From assembly GCA_047967505.1 (NCBI GenBank), contig CM106538.1: a stretch of DNA of 64,000 nucleotides, one strand, 5' to 3'. The notes under the pieces were generated by a model. That model was not told the DNA's origin and made no database searches. It saw nothing but the letters and a program-made list of their open reading frames with translations. Every line of letters begins with the position of its first letter. Position 1 is the first letter of the stretch. The translations under genes were made by a program, and so were the position numbers. Source of the stretch: Dipteris shenzhenensis (taxonomy: Eukaryota). Positions 37,071 through 49,466 of this stretch are shown in pieces.

Positions 37071-37239
37071 TGAATGGGGTATGCAGTGACAGGGTGATAT
37101 GCCAAAGTGGGTACAAATGGATCTTCCAGGTCCCTTGCATGATGCCCCTGTAATGACACACCCTCAACTAAATTTTAGTGACTCAGAAGAAGAGACATTG
37201 GTGTGATGTATGGTTTGTTTATTGATAAATTTTGCAATT

Positions 37240-37445
37240 AGAAGTAAAATGCAAATGAGACAATTGCAATTCACACTTCTCTTTTCTCATCAAATGAAAT
37301 GTTGCAATTGCAATTCTTTTAGCATGCAATCCTTTTGAAATGCAATTCTTTTAAAATGCAATCATAAGGTAATCCACTTAAAATGAAATTCTTTCAAGAT
37401 GCAAACCTTTTAAAATGCAATTTATTTGATATGCAATTGCATTTG
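37240..37445. repeat. AT-rich degenerate minisatellite (AAATGCAATTCTTTT-like)
   Basis: Recurrent tgcaattctttt/aaaatgcaat units. Confidence 0.65.
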
Positions 37446-38251
37446 CTAGAGGCCGGAGCAATGTGTGCTAGCCCTTGATGAAATTATAAGCACACTTTGC
37501 ATAAGGAGCATAAACCCCAACAAAGTGTTTGTGAAGATTTATAATTTCAATGATGGCTAATCTGTGACAATTTACACTTCACCAAACACGACGCCAAACA
37601 TGACAATTTTCATTTCAATAAACATGACAATGGCTTGTCGTCATATTATATAATTTCAAAGTGTACACGAGAGCATTTGTAGATTTCGGGCAAAGTATAC
37701 ATTTTATGCCACAAATGATAGGAGCAAAGTATACATGTGCTCACTTTGCAAAATTTACAGTTACATTTGAGGTGGCCAAAAAAATACAAGGCCCATTTTC
37801 TAAAAATTTAAACCATCCTTTTGACACTTCTATGGGTTTGTGTCAATTCTAAGGTCCACATGAACAATTGCATCATGTGCAATTGTTTAAAAGAATGAGA
37901 AATAATCCACACAAGAGCACCACCAGTACGAGCATAGCCAGGATGGAAAGAAATATGATCAACATTCTTGCTAGATGCATGTACGTTTGAAAAAATCGAT
38001 TTGCAAAACCCAAGCATTAAAGTCGTGCAACATTTACTTAGGTATATCAAAACAATCACCTCTGAAAATTCTATTTTTAAAAAATAAACCAAAAAACAAT
38101 AATCATGATCAAATAAAAATTTAACATGCTAACGAGTATACTTCATCGCATCAACTCCAAAATCCATCAACAAAATTGATATATGTCTCTATAATCTTCA
38201 CAATCGAGGATCCATTGAAAATGTTGCTCCAATGCCAAGAACATCGTACAA

Positions 38252-38677
38252 TTACTTGGCCTGAGGATCATTACAAATTGGGCAGGCACTCCTGACCTTC
38301 AACATATTTGCCAGGCATACCAGGTGAAATCGATGGTGACACAAGAGCGCATAGTATCCGGTCATCACCGTATCAAAATGGTCTTGGCATATTGGACATA
38401 ACGTCCCATCATTCACAAAGGTGATATGTGATGGAAGGGTGGAGGGTTTTTTGGTAGCCAAGCCTACAAAATTTGGATCCAAATTATGAACACGACCTCT
38501 GTATTCAATGTGTTGGAGGGCGGCTTGTGCATCATGCGCTTGCTGAGAATACGCAGCAAAGATGCGGCATTGCTCCTCATAGGCATTTTTGAGGTCTTGC
38601 CTCTGTCCGACTTGTTGGAGCATTGCATTCTGACGATTGACTTCAGCAATAAGTAGGCGCTCATCCTCGCTCATCAC
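38252..38677 (-). pseudogene. Coiled-coil plus RING-H2 (C3H2C3) zinc-finger coding segment
   Basis: CPICQDHF...LLCHHRFHLVCLANMLKVRSACPIC, preceded by a Q/A/E-rich helical stretch. Adjacent coding sequence is decayed. Confidence 0.8.
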
Positions 38678-38942
38678 TCATTGATACTCAAAGATAACAT
38701 CATGCACTATGATGCTTAGAAAGGTGAGATCTTCCCGTGATGCAATTTGCGGCATAGGCTATGGACCCTCTGCACCGTCACCCCCCTCTACACCTCCATC
38801 TCTCGTGACTTCACGCATGTTCAAAATAATTCAGAGCTTGTCACAGAAACTATACATTTAACCACAATATGGCCAATGTACACTATGTATGATATAACAA
38901 TTGTGAGCACACGTGTAACAAAATGGCATGTACTTCACTTAC

Positions 38943-39432
38943 CTGAAGTTAGGCTTCCCACATGGTGTTGCAACAACAAGATAAGCGGTGATGCCAACTG
39001 GTCCTTGGTTGCATTGGGTTTTGGCTGTGTGTCTTAGGTTGAGAGGCGAAGTTTACAAGCACGTCCAACACGAACTTTGCATATAACATCTTTGCAAAGT
39101 AAAGTGGCACTACTCCGCTATGAGGATTTTCAAATTTGATCATGCAATGAACGTAATATGCATTCTCCCTCATATGGGTGGCGATAGTTTTTGATGGTCC
39201 ATCGTCCATGTGAGGCATCGCCGCAATCCTACACAGCTTCTATGTCATCGTTGGAGACCACTGCATTGATGCGATCATACTTCCAACTGTTCGGATCACG
39301 AACAACACTTGCATTGGCAATTGTGCATACAATTCAAGGACATTACAACTTTGGCAATGAAAGTGCGATCATATGAGTCAAGCTCAAAAAAGATGCAGCT
39401 TATATTCAGCAACATGTCTTCATTTCCTCAAT
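38943..39432 (-). pseudogene. Decayed ORF of unknown function between the kinase and RING segments
   Basis: Protein-like stretches VVRDPNSWKYDRINAVVSNDDIEAV*DCGD...GRWTIKNYRHP and ENAYYVHCMIKFENPHSGVVPLYFAKMLYAKFVLDVLVNF. A candidate GT-AG intron at 38850-38942 (CAG|GTAAGT ... TAG) would link it toward the RING segment. Confidence 0.45.
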
Positions 39433-39450
39433 GGGTCGCATTGTCACATC

Positions 39451-39960
39451 CTAGTTTACATTGAAACTATGCATTTTTGTCAAAATTGCTCCAATGGAAG
39501 GTTGATCCTTTGGATCAGTCCTGCATAGCGCATTCCCACAATCAATCAAGAGCTTGATTGCAATGTCTCTCTTCACGGAGTTGTCACTAAGAGCGTTTGT
39601 AGCATCTATGAGAAATCTGGTAATTTTCCTAAATAGCCAACCAATAGCAAAACAATCTGACTCTCATGCCCATGCACCCTTGGGATTTGCCTATGTAGTT
39701 ATACTGGCATATAATTTTGGTGCTAACCATGGAAATGCCTTTAAGGGAGCATAAGCCGGGTCTTGCAGATATCGACTTTTGGTCCAATAGAAGCTTCTTC
39801 CCCAATCAATTATCCCAACTCGTATAGACTTGTCATCCCTCATAAAGTCTAGCATGTAATTGGTGCTTGCAAATCGATGTGTGCATATCTCTATTCGTGA
39901 ACTGCTTTCAAACCACTAGCAATAGCAGCAACAATGGACAATCCATGATGATAGAACAAC
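39451..39960 (-). pseudogene. Protein kinase C-terminal half (subdomains VIa-XI), degenerate
   Basis: Manual translation: IVAAIASGLKAVHE*RYAHIDL[1-nt frameshift]STNYMLDF...VGIIDWGRS...FPWLAPKLY...ESDCFAIGWL...LCRTDPKDQPSIGAIL...*. These correspond to HxDLxxxN, DWG (for DFG), an APE-like motif, D.FA.G and DP..RP-like motifs, in the correct order. Confidence 0.78.
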
Positions 39961-42012
39961 CTTGCTCGCTTGCAACCTAGTGAGTGGAGAGTTCTAGTCA
40001 AAGTGTTTAACAAGCATTCCTCTACTTTTGCCACCACGAGCCATTCCATTCTCTCTTTGACAAGCATTTCTCATTGCATCACTATTGTTGTGATGCTCTT
40101 AAATTTTCAATATAATAAGCTCCTTTCACCTTTTATTCACTTGTTCTCAGTTTCACGCATGAGTGGTAGCCTTTTTGTTGAAGAGTCAATGACCATAGCA
40201 AGAAAATGCCTCAGTGAGTACAATGCAAGTTAAATCATCACAAGGCAAGGATAATCAAGTTCTAATATATGCATAACTTCTTGATCTGGAGGACCCAGAG
40301 AATTGGATGTATCTCAAGCACAACAATGTCCCTCAATATGAGATATGTTTCTCAAATAGAGCTAGGGGTCGTAATTGTAGACTCAGATTTCTAATAGTTA
40401 GAGCACATGGGAGCCACTACCACTCACCAAGAATTCTCACCAAATTAGGTCCTAAAACTCAGCAAGCTTACCATTCCAATTGGATACAAAGGAGCAAAGA
40501 GGGATGAAGGTCCCAAGGCTACCCAAAATAAAGAGGCCAAATAGCCCAAGAAGCTTGAAAAACCGGCATCCCTAGAAGAATTCAAGAACGACATAAGCTT
40601 AAAAAAGGAAAAGGAGGAAAATATGCAAACCATTACTCCAAGCAAGGGAAGGATACATAACAATCCTCATTCAATAGTTGTCATTTCTGTTGGTCCTATT
40701 CAATGTAATTCCAAGCAGTCATTTGATAGAACAAAAGTAGAAGAATATAGAGGTATTATCTTCTTGGTGGATCACATTCAACCAAAGCAAAGGGGAAATT
40801 GCATGTAGAGTATCCAAATAATCATTTTCATAACGTTTGTAGTTACAAAGTATTTGTAGTATCTTGCTTAGAATCAAGTAAGAAATGTCAAATGAGTTCA
40901 TTGCATTAGTTTCTCTACATTTGATGCTAAAGCTAAATTTCATAATTTTTATGATGTTATGCTTTTGGAATGCCAATGATTTTGTTATGCTTTTGAAAAT
41001 GGTAATGAACTTTTTATTTTCATGTAAGGCATAAAATTTAGATTCAAATTCAAGAGCACATGATGCAGCTCTTAAATTGTGCAGACTAGAAGGTGTTGGT
41101 ACAAGAGTACCTTGAATCAAGAAAAATGGAGTCCCTTACTCTTTTCAATATGGTTTCAAAAACATGAATGAATTTTTTTCTATAACTTCATTATTCATTG
41201 TTCATTAACTTGATTTCATTTCTAATCGTAATGTCTTTGCTCTCAAAAACATTCAAAAGGTGGATAAGAAAATAAGGTTCCAAATATATTTCAAAACTCA
41301 AAGGATGGCCAAAACCAACAATCACCTACTGCAACAACAACAAGTACATAATTCAATAAAAACTATGATTGGAATGATTAGAGGATTACCAAAAGGTGAG
41401 CGACAAAAAGTGAGCGAGCCAAAAAAAGCGAGCAATAAAAAACAATAAAAGATTTATAAATCCCCCATTTCAGTAGCAAAAAATAATAACTTATTCAAAA
41501 GTCCATATGTTTCCTCAATTATAGAAGGTTAAATATGCATATAACTTTCTAAACCACTAACACTAATTTCACATCATCCATGAGATAGTTTGTATGTTCA
41601 ATTTCCAATTCATTGTTTGTATTAAAGACAAACCCTACAGTAACTGCAATCAAGTTCTCTCTTTCCACTAGAGTAATTGAGATCATTAATGCAACCTTCC
41701 ACACAGGTGGGGCGTTTCCAAGGACTCCTTGCATGGATTAGTCTAGATTCCATGCATATGTAAATGCTTAGCTTTTTTAACTCTGTTCACTCTTGGAATG
41801 AAACCCATGTTTCTTTGTTACTGGAAAAATATGCTTCCCTAATGATTTATTCTTAGCTCCTACTAATCTAACCAATGCAACAAATTAACCACAAATTCAT
41901 ATTTTGGTGCATTAAATTTTACTAGATGGTGCACAAAGACATGATAATCATCTAAAGTACGCCTTGCCATTTGATTTGATATGTAACATGTCCCTGTTTG
42001 GACTTGTAAATC

Positions 42013-42140
42013 AAAAGATACAAGGATGTGAAAATGTCCTCTTTTGGGGGGAAACAGGGAGCGCGGGCCAAAACAAGGAGCGCGTAAATGCGCTCCCTGT
42101 TTTGGCTTAAAAGAGGACATTTTCGCATCCTTGTATTTTT
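42013..42140. repeat. ~128 bp imperfect palindrome (foldback)
   Basis: Outer arms 42013-42045 and 42109-42140 (atacaaggatg.gaaaatgtcctctttt). Inner hairpin gccaaaacaaggagcgc-gtaaat-gcgctccctgttttggc at 42067-42106. Confidence 0.88.
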
Positions 42141-42230
42141 GCAAGATGTCAACATATGATTTTTTTGGCCCAAAAGATGAGTTTTTAACATCCCTACATC
42201 TTTTTATTGTCAAATATAAATGGCATAATG

Positions 42231-45200
42231 TGTGAAGATTGTGGGAGAGAGGGAAGGAGTCTCACTTGCGGCTTTCACACATGCACAATGGGGGAATACA
42301 CACAAAGGTGGAGGCTGAAAACAGTTTTCCTCTTCTTAGTTGTGTAAGCCAAAAGAACTCTAGTACAAAGAAATAGCAGAACCCTATATGTGGGTCTTAA
42401 ACCAAACTCAACTAACTAAGGTGGCATACTAACTGAGCCACAAACTAGAGTAGATAAGGATAGCTATCATCCAGCTATTATTCGTGGGCGGTGTACCAAC
42501 CGCATCTCCAGCTAACAGGTTGGTGACATAAATGCACAACAGTCACCCTGGCATATATTGCGAGTGGAGCTCGATATCTCAACACTCCCCCTCGAGCTCA
42601 ATCCCAATTCCTGCACACCAAGCAGGTCTCTGAACTTGCGCAGCTTCTCTGCGCCCAATGCTTTCGTGAAGATGTCAGCTACCTGATCCTCTGTACTGAC
42701 ATAAACTAGATCAATGAGACCTAGTAAAACCTTCTCCCGCACATAGTGATAATGCACCTCAATGTGCTTTGTTCTGGCATGAAAGACTGGGTTCTTTGCC
42801 AAATGTATACTGCTCATGTTGTCACAATAAATGACAACTGGCCCATCTGTAGACTGATGCATATCATAGAGTAGCTTATGCAACCAAGCTACCTCACATG
42901 CAGCCATTGCTGCACCCCTGTACTCAGGCTCTGTGCTCGACAAGGCAACTGTAGGCTGTTTCTTGCTGCTCCAAGTGACTGCAGCACTCCCAAAAGAGAA
43001 CACATATCCACTGGTAGATCGTCTATCAGAAATGCTACCAGCCCAATCAGCATCAGTGTATCCATGCAACTATATCTGAACCCCAGCCTCATAAAATAGT
43101 CCATACTCCAATGTGGACTTCACATACCTGAGTATGCGTCTAGCCGCATCCAAATGCGGTTTCCTTGGAGCCTGCATAAACTGACTTACCAACCCAACAG
43201 CATAGCTCAAATCTGGCCTGGTAATAGTCATGTAAATCAAACTTCCTACTATGCGTCTGTACATAGTAGGGTCTTCCAGAAGCTCACCTGCATCTGTGCT
43301 CAGCTTCACATTCTGCTCCAAAGGAACTGAAATAGGCTTACAGCCTGTCATCCCATATTTGGACAGCATGTCCAATCCATACTGCCTCTGCAAGAGCTGT
43401 ATCCCACTTGGTGATCTAATCACCTCAATGCCCAAGAAATAACGCAGCTCTCCCAAATCCTTCATCTCAAACTTCTGCCTCAATAGCATTTTCACATGAA
43501 GGATATCTTCATCACTATCACCTGTGATGATCAAATCATCAACATAAATGACCAGCAGCATAATCCCTTTCTCTGTTTTTCTCACATAGAGTGAGAAATC
43601 TACCTTGGAAATCTGAAAGCCAATAGTGACAAGATACTGTCCTATCTTGTCAGACCATGCTCTAGGTGCTTGCTTCAAGCCAGACAAGGCTTTCTTCAAC
43701 CTGCAAACAAACTCAGGATGAATAGCATGAACATAACCTGCTGGCTGCTCCATAAAGACCTCTTCTTGCAAATCACCATGCAAGAAGGCATTCTTTACAT
43801 CCATCTGATGTAAGGACCATCCCTTTGATGCGGCCATAGCAATGGCTGCTCTTACGGTTGCCATCCTTGCAACCGGGCTGAAAGTTTCTTCATAATCAAT
43901 GCCATATGTCTGCGCATACCCCTTGACAACTAATCTTGCCTTGTATCTATTCACAGAACCATCTGCATTGTGCTTGATCTTATAAACCCACTTACAGCCA
44001 ATTGCATTCTTGCCTTTAGGCAAAGGCACCAATTCCCATGTAGCATTAGCATCCAAGGCATCCATTTCTTCATCCATGGCTTTCTCCCATTTTTCATTTC
44101 CCATGGCTTGCTCAAAAGAAGTGGGTTTTGGTTCCTGTATCACTTTGACCATATAGGCATAGTGAATGGCTGTAAATCCATCATATTTGAGCCTATCCAC
44201 AGGATACCTAACTCTGGTAGACCTGCGCAAAATAAGCTCACTTCCAGGTGCTCTCAAAACATCCCTGGTCTTCCTTACTCCAGGTGTAACAACAGAAGGA
44301 ATACCCAACTCATCATCAATGCTCTGTTCTGAGCCACTGGATTCACCATGCACATAAGAGTGACCTGCATTCACATCAAACATGGGCTGATCTACCTTCT
44401 CTTTTCCTTTTCGTGATACCTGCGTACCACTATCTGCATTGCTTTGAGGGGATTCTCCTGATCTCAATCTGCCTGTCCATGGCGAAGTATGTGAACCACT
44501 GGTAGAGGACACTCTAGGTCCACTGATATTTTGTGATTGCTGCTGTGCATTCTGTGCAGCATTACCATTTTGTGCATCTACATCAATCATCACATTTACT
44601 GGTTTATACCAGCTGCTCATCTCATCAAAAACAACATCTTTGCTCACTGTGAACTTACGTGTAGAAGGGTTATAGCATCTATACCCTTTCTGCTGCAGAG
44701 AATAACCAATAAAGATGCACTTCTCAGCTTTTGGATCCAACTTGGACCTCAACTCATCTGGCACATGGACATAAGCAATGCAACCAAAAATCTTCAAATG
44801 AGAAATATCTGGTTTCCTACCAGTATACATCTCCTCTGGCGTCATGCCATGTATTGCTGCAGTGGGAGTCCTGTTCATTATATAGACTGTTGTAGCAACT
44901 GCTTCAGCCCAATAATAATCTGGTAGATCTTTTTCATTTAGCATAGCCCGAGACACCTCTCCAATATGCCTGTTTTTTCTTTCTGCAATTCCATTTTGCT
45001 GTGGGGTATGACTGCATGAATATTGCTGCTTTATACCATGCTCCTGCAAGAACCTTGCAAACTCATTTGAGAGGTACTCTCCCCCTCCATCTGACCTTAC
45101 GCATTTTATTTGCAGGCATGTTTCTTTTTCAACCATAGCTTTGAAAGCTTTGAAGTGCCCAAACACTTCACTTTTCTTTTTCATAAAATACACCCACAGT

Positions 45201-47362
45201 TTTCTGCTGAAGTCATCAATAAATGTGACAAAATAGTGACAGCCTCCAATAGATGCAGCTTTTGTAGTCCACACATCAGAGTGGATTAATTCCAATGGTT
45301 TTTTACTCTCTTGAACATGCCTAGGAAAAGGTTTCCTTGCCTGTTTCCCAAATTGACAGGCTTCACAAACCTTGTGCATTTCTGCAACCTTGAATTTAGG
45401 CAATCTTGCAACAATATTTTGGGCTTGCATTGATTTTAGTCGCTGTATATTAACATGACCAATGCGTTTGTGCCAGATATCAATATCTGCAACTACACCG
45501 GTCCCATGTGCAAACATTGCTGCACTCAATTCAGGCATGTCTGCATCCAACGTAAACATCCTGCCCTTCTTCTTTCCTTTTGCTATCAAGCGACCGTTAT
45601 TTTTCATATCCTCAACAAAGCATCCATGAGGATTAAATCTAACCTGCAAGCCCTGCTCAACCATTTGACCAATAGAAACCAGGTTCTTGGTGATGTTCGG
45701 GACATGAAATACATCAGACAAGTATTTCTTTTTCCCATCCTGCATAGACAAAGGAATTTTGCCAATCTGCACAATAGGATGTGCAGTATCATCACCAGTC
45801 TCCACAAATCCTGGTTTTTCCATTTTTCTTGCATCCTGCATCCATTCAGCGTGACCTGTCATGTGGTTTGACGCACCTGAGTCAACATACCACACATCAT
45901 TGCTTTCTTCTGCACTTGTTACAGAATTTGTCATATGCTGTACCATAAACAAATGCTCATTTCTGTCATCGCCCTGTCTACTAGAGGATGCATAATTGCC
46001 TTGCTGCAATTTTCCACTCATAATGTCATTCTGCTTTTTGTAGCAGTCTTTAGCCATATGACCCATTTTGCCACAATAGTAGCATTCAACATTGCTGTTT
46101 GCATTTTGGCTTCTCTGCCATCCACCACGGCCTCTTTGGCTCCCCCTGCCTCTAGAGTTACCACGTCCTCCTGCATAGGACTGGTTTTCTTGCGTTTGCT
46201 GCATATTCTGATTTCTACCACGGCCTCTGCAGATCGGCCTCCTCTACCTCTGCCTCTACCTCTGCCAGCATTTGAGTAGAAGACAGTTTCTTTTGAAGTT
46301 CGTGCTGAAGAAGATGCACCCCCATTTCTCTGCTCTTCAGAAATTAGAAGAGCAATCAACTCCTCAAAATCAGGAAAGTTTTCACGGACGGCAATGGATG
46401 TCTGGAACTGTCCATAATCCTTTCCTAGACCATTCAAGGTCACAGAAACCAAATCATCATCATCCACTGGCGACCCAATGGAAGCAAGTGCATTTGCAAT
46501 TTTCTTCACTTTCATGTGGTAGTCATTTATGCTCAAATTTTCTCTCTGCACATTGTGCAACTCCTGTTTGAGTTGCATTTTCCTGGCTTGCGTATTTGTG
46601 CTATACATTTTTGCCAAAGTATCCCATGCCTCCTTTGGCATATTTGCATCCTGAATATGCACAATCATTGAGTCCGAAATACTGATAGATAGCCAGTACA
46701 TAACTTTCCTGGCTCTCTCATGCCATCCTTTGAATGCCTGCATTTCCTGTTGACTGGGAACATTAGGAAGAACAGGTTCTTCTTCATTTCCTGTAATGAA
46801 TTCCCAATAGCCTTTTCCCATCAAGAAATTCGTCATTCTAAACTTCCATGCCTGGAAGTTATTCTTGTCAAGCTTTTCAGTGACAATCTATGAAAGAGAA
46901 TTAGATGCCATTACAGAGCACTGCAAAATATTCTGTCACTGCAAAAAACACAGCTTTTGCCTCACACGGGCAGATCTGCAAAACTGACGAAAGTGGTATT
47001 TCACCACACAGTCACTTCCTAGTGACGATTTTGCATCAACAGGCAACAGGCATGAATCTGCAATTCCCAATATCTCTGCACACAGGCATACGATGCCATT
47101 TCTGTGGCACCTTTCCACCGACTAGCTGGGCAGTGGTCGCACACAGTGGTCGCACATCAAAAAACAGGGCCTTTTTCTGAGTGCCTGCGAAGAACTTCCG
47201 CCTTCAAAACGGGCCCCGAAACGGCCTCAAATCAGAAAAATAAAGTCACTGAGGGCTTCGCCTTCACCCGCAGCATATACTGCGCTCTCGCCACACCGCG
47301 AAGGGCGTCTCAATCTGAACCAGTGCACTCCTGCACTTCTGGCTGTGCTACCTGCAGAGATT
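42231..47362 (-). mobile_element. Near-intact Ty1/copia element (family A), 5' LTR and PBS lost
   Basis: 3' LTR 42231-42584 with PPT gagggggag. The polyprotein runs from ATG 46911 to 42512: gag, CCHC, DSGAS protease, integrase, RT (YVDDL) and RNase H ([14 protein letters not shown]). Lesions are TAG at 46888-46890, a frameshift at ~46230 and TAG at 43070-43072. Homology to the 62459 copy ends at ~47362. Confidence 0.96.
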
Positions 47363-47929
47363 GCAAAAATCAAATACTAGGGGCAACTAAGCAAAACTTT
47401 ACATCTACATTTCCCCCCAAAGCCGCTATATCTTACGCTATTGAATCTTGCACACAAGATCTATTGTAGTGATAACTACTCTAATTACATAATTGATGTG
47501 CTTGAGATTTAAGTCGATTCTAACGGTGATTTTCTAGACTCCTTTGACAACCAAGTGATTCAAACTTTCATCTTCCAAAGAGGATAGTTTGACCCATCCA
47601 TCTTTTTGGCCTCCCCAAAGTTGGAGATCAACAATCAGCTAGCCATCTTGAGGTGAACCTTGTGAGTCAATATGGATTCGGTGATTAACTAAATCATTGA
47701 GGTTTTTTTTGATGACATCCAATTGCACATATTCATCATTAGGTAAGTGTTGGAACTAGCTTTTGTAATGAGAAGGAAAATTAGACATGCACAATAAACC
47801 CTATGACATACCTTACAAATGTAGTGAGCTTGCTGATGACATTCCTAACATCTACAATACTATAGTAACAATAATATATTAGTAAATTGAAACAAGAGAT
47901 GAAAAGTGTTTTGAATTCAAAAGGAAACA

Positions 47930-48850
47930 ATGTTACCTATATCATTTTGTGCGAATGATGAGACTTGAGAACACTTAACTTTCCACTCACTTTCCATCTG
48001 CATTAAAGGCACCCTTCAAGTTGTGCATATACCTACTCCAGGTTTTCATAACTAGGGCATCACTTTTCACATATATCTCTTCTATTTTTGTCAACACTCA
48101 TGGTTCCCTTGGTAAAATCACCTTGCCATTGATATTTTTTGGTCAGAAGGCTCTTTTGGTTTTTTTCATTGATGTTTTTTAGTCAGAAGGCCATTTTGGT
48201 TCCCATGTCTTTCAAGTCTTGTTGTGCTTTCATGCTATCTCTATCGCCAGTCATATAATTTTGTATAATTTTAGCCAAATTTATGAATCTATGCATTGGA
48301 TCTAATAAATATGTGACTTTTAGATGCTTTGAATAAGGAAGAGTGTAAAATATGGAAAGAGGATGCATGCTACTAGAGGTATTCATGTGCTAGAATCATG
48401 CTGAAATTGCTCCCAATCTCCACATCTAGTGACTAAAGGAAGAGGAGCTACTTCTATAACACCAACGTATGGATCCACTTGATATGGATGGTTCATACTA
48501 AGAGACATCCTATTTCTCATATACCATCTTTGAAAGATCCTTGGAATGCCAACAACACAAGCTATCTCCACAAGATGGACTTGCAAAAGAGTATTTGAAC
48601 ACTTGGAGACCTTTCACACTTGAGCAATTGTGTGAGCCATGATAATCATATATTGTCCACATTAGAATTCCTTTGCCTTGAAAGTGACTTTGGCCCAAAG
48701 TTCTTGAAATGTTATAAATGACCATGACATTCCATAATTTTTGAAACTCATCTGTCAAAGGAGTTAGATATAGATCCATACTCTTCACTATGCTTGTGCA
48801 TTCAATCCTACAAAAATTAGTTCCAAATGAATACCTAGCTCCCAAAACCT
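47930..48850 (-). mobile_element. CACTA (En/Spm) Tnp2-type transposase remnant
   Basis: MDLYLTPLTDEFQKLW...GILMWTIYDY, SIFYTLPY...LLDPMH and LKSHH motifs, matching the Transposase_21 family pattern. Confidence 0.8.
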
Positions 48851-49466
48851 ATGTGTTAACATACACAATTAGGATCATACTAGCTGTAGCTACATTTATG
48901 CAAAAATAAAAGTAGCTATTCTATTGATCATTGAGTTACATGATGACATAAAAAATGCAAGATGTTGGCCTAAAACTCCACACCAGTGTTTTGGGAATCA
49001 CATTACTCAGCCATTTCAACAAATTTCTCTTTAGTACCTCTTGAATATGTTTAAAATAGTCTAAGGCCTCTTGTGAGATCCATTCAATTTGAGCTTCAAT
49101 GAGCTCTTGGTACGATTGATTAACTAAATATATGTTTCTTTTCCATTCCAAATAGTCTTTTAAATATGAGCCTTGTTGTTTGAAGGAGATTCAAGGGCAT
49201 TAGTTCCAACCTTATGTGATGTATGCTAATCATCAAACTTTATATTGGTTTGATGAATCTTTCGCATGGTATCTAGCATGTGTTCCATCAAAATTGTCAA
49301 GTTACTTGCCAAATTTTAGGAAGCATATCATTGATGTATGTTTTGTGTGAAGCATTTCAATTTGTCTTCCATAAACTTGCTATTTATATTCCAATGCAAT
49401 ACCAAAGGTAGGTCGATTTGTAGCCTTCTTTCATTTAATTGCTCGCTCGATAATACAATCAAGGAG

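Noticed and set aside
40719-41734. AT-rich minus-strand ORFs of 133 and 61 aa
   Set aside because: No recognisable domain; cannot be supported without a search.
46200-46260. Programmed gag-pol frameshift in copia family A
   Set aside because: Plant copia elements normally use a single ORF, no slippery heptamer is evident, and the shift falls in a GR-repeat stretch prone to indels.
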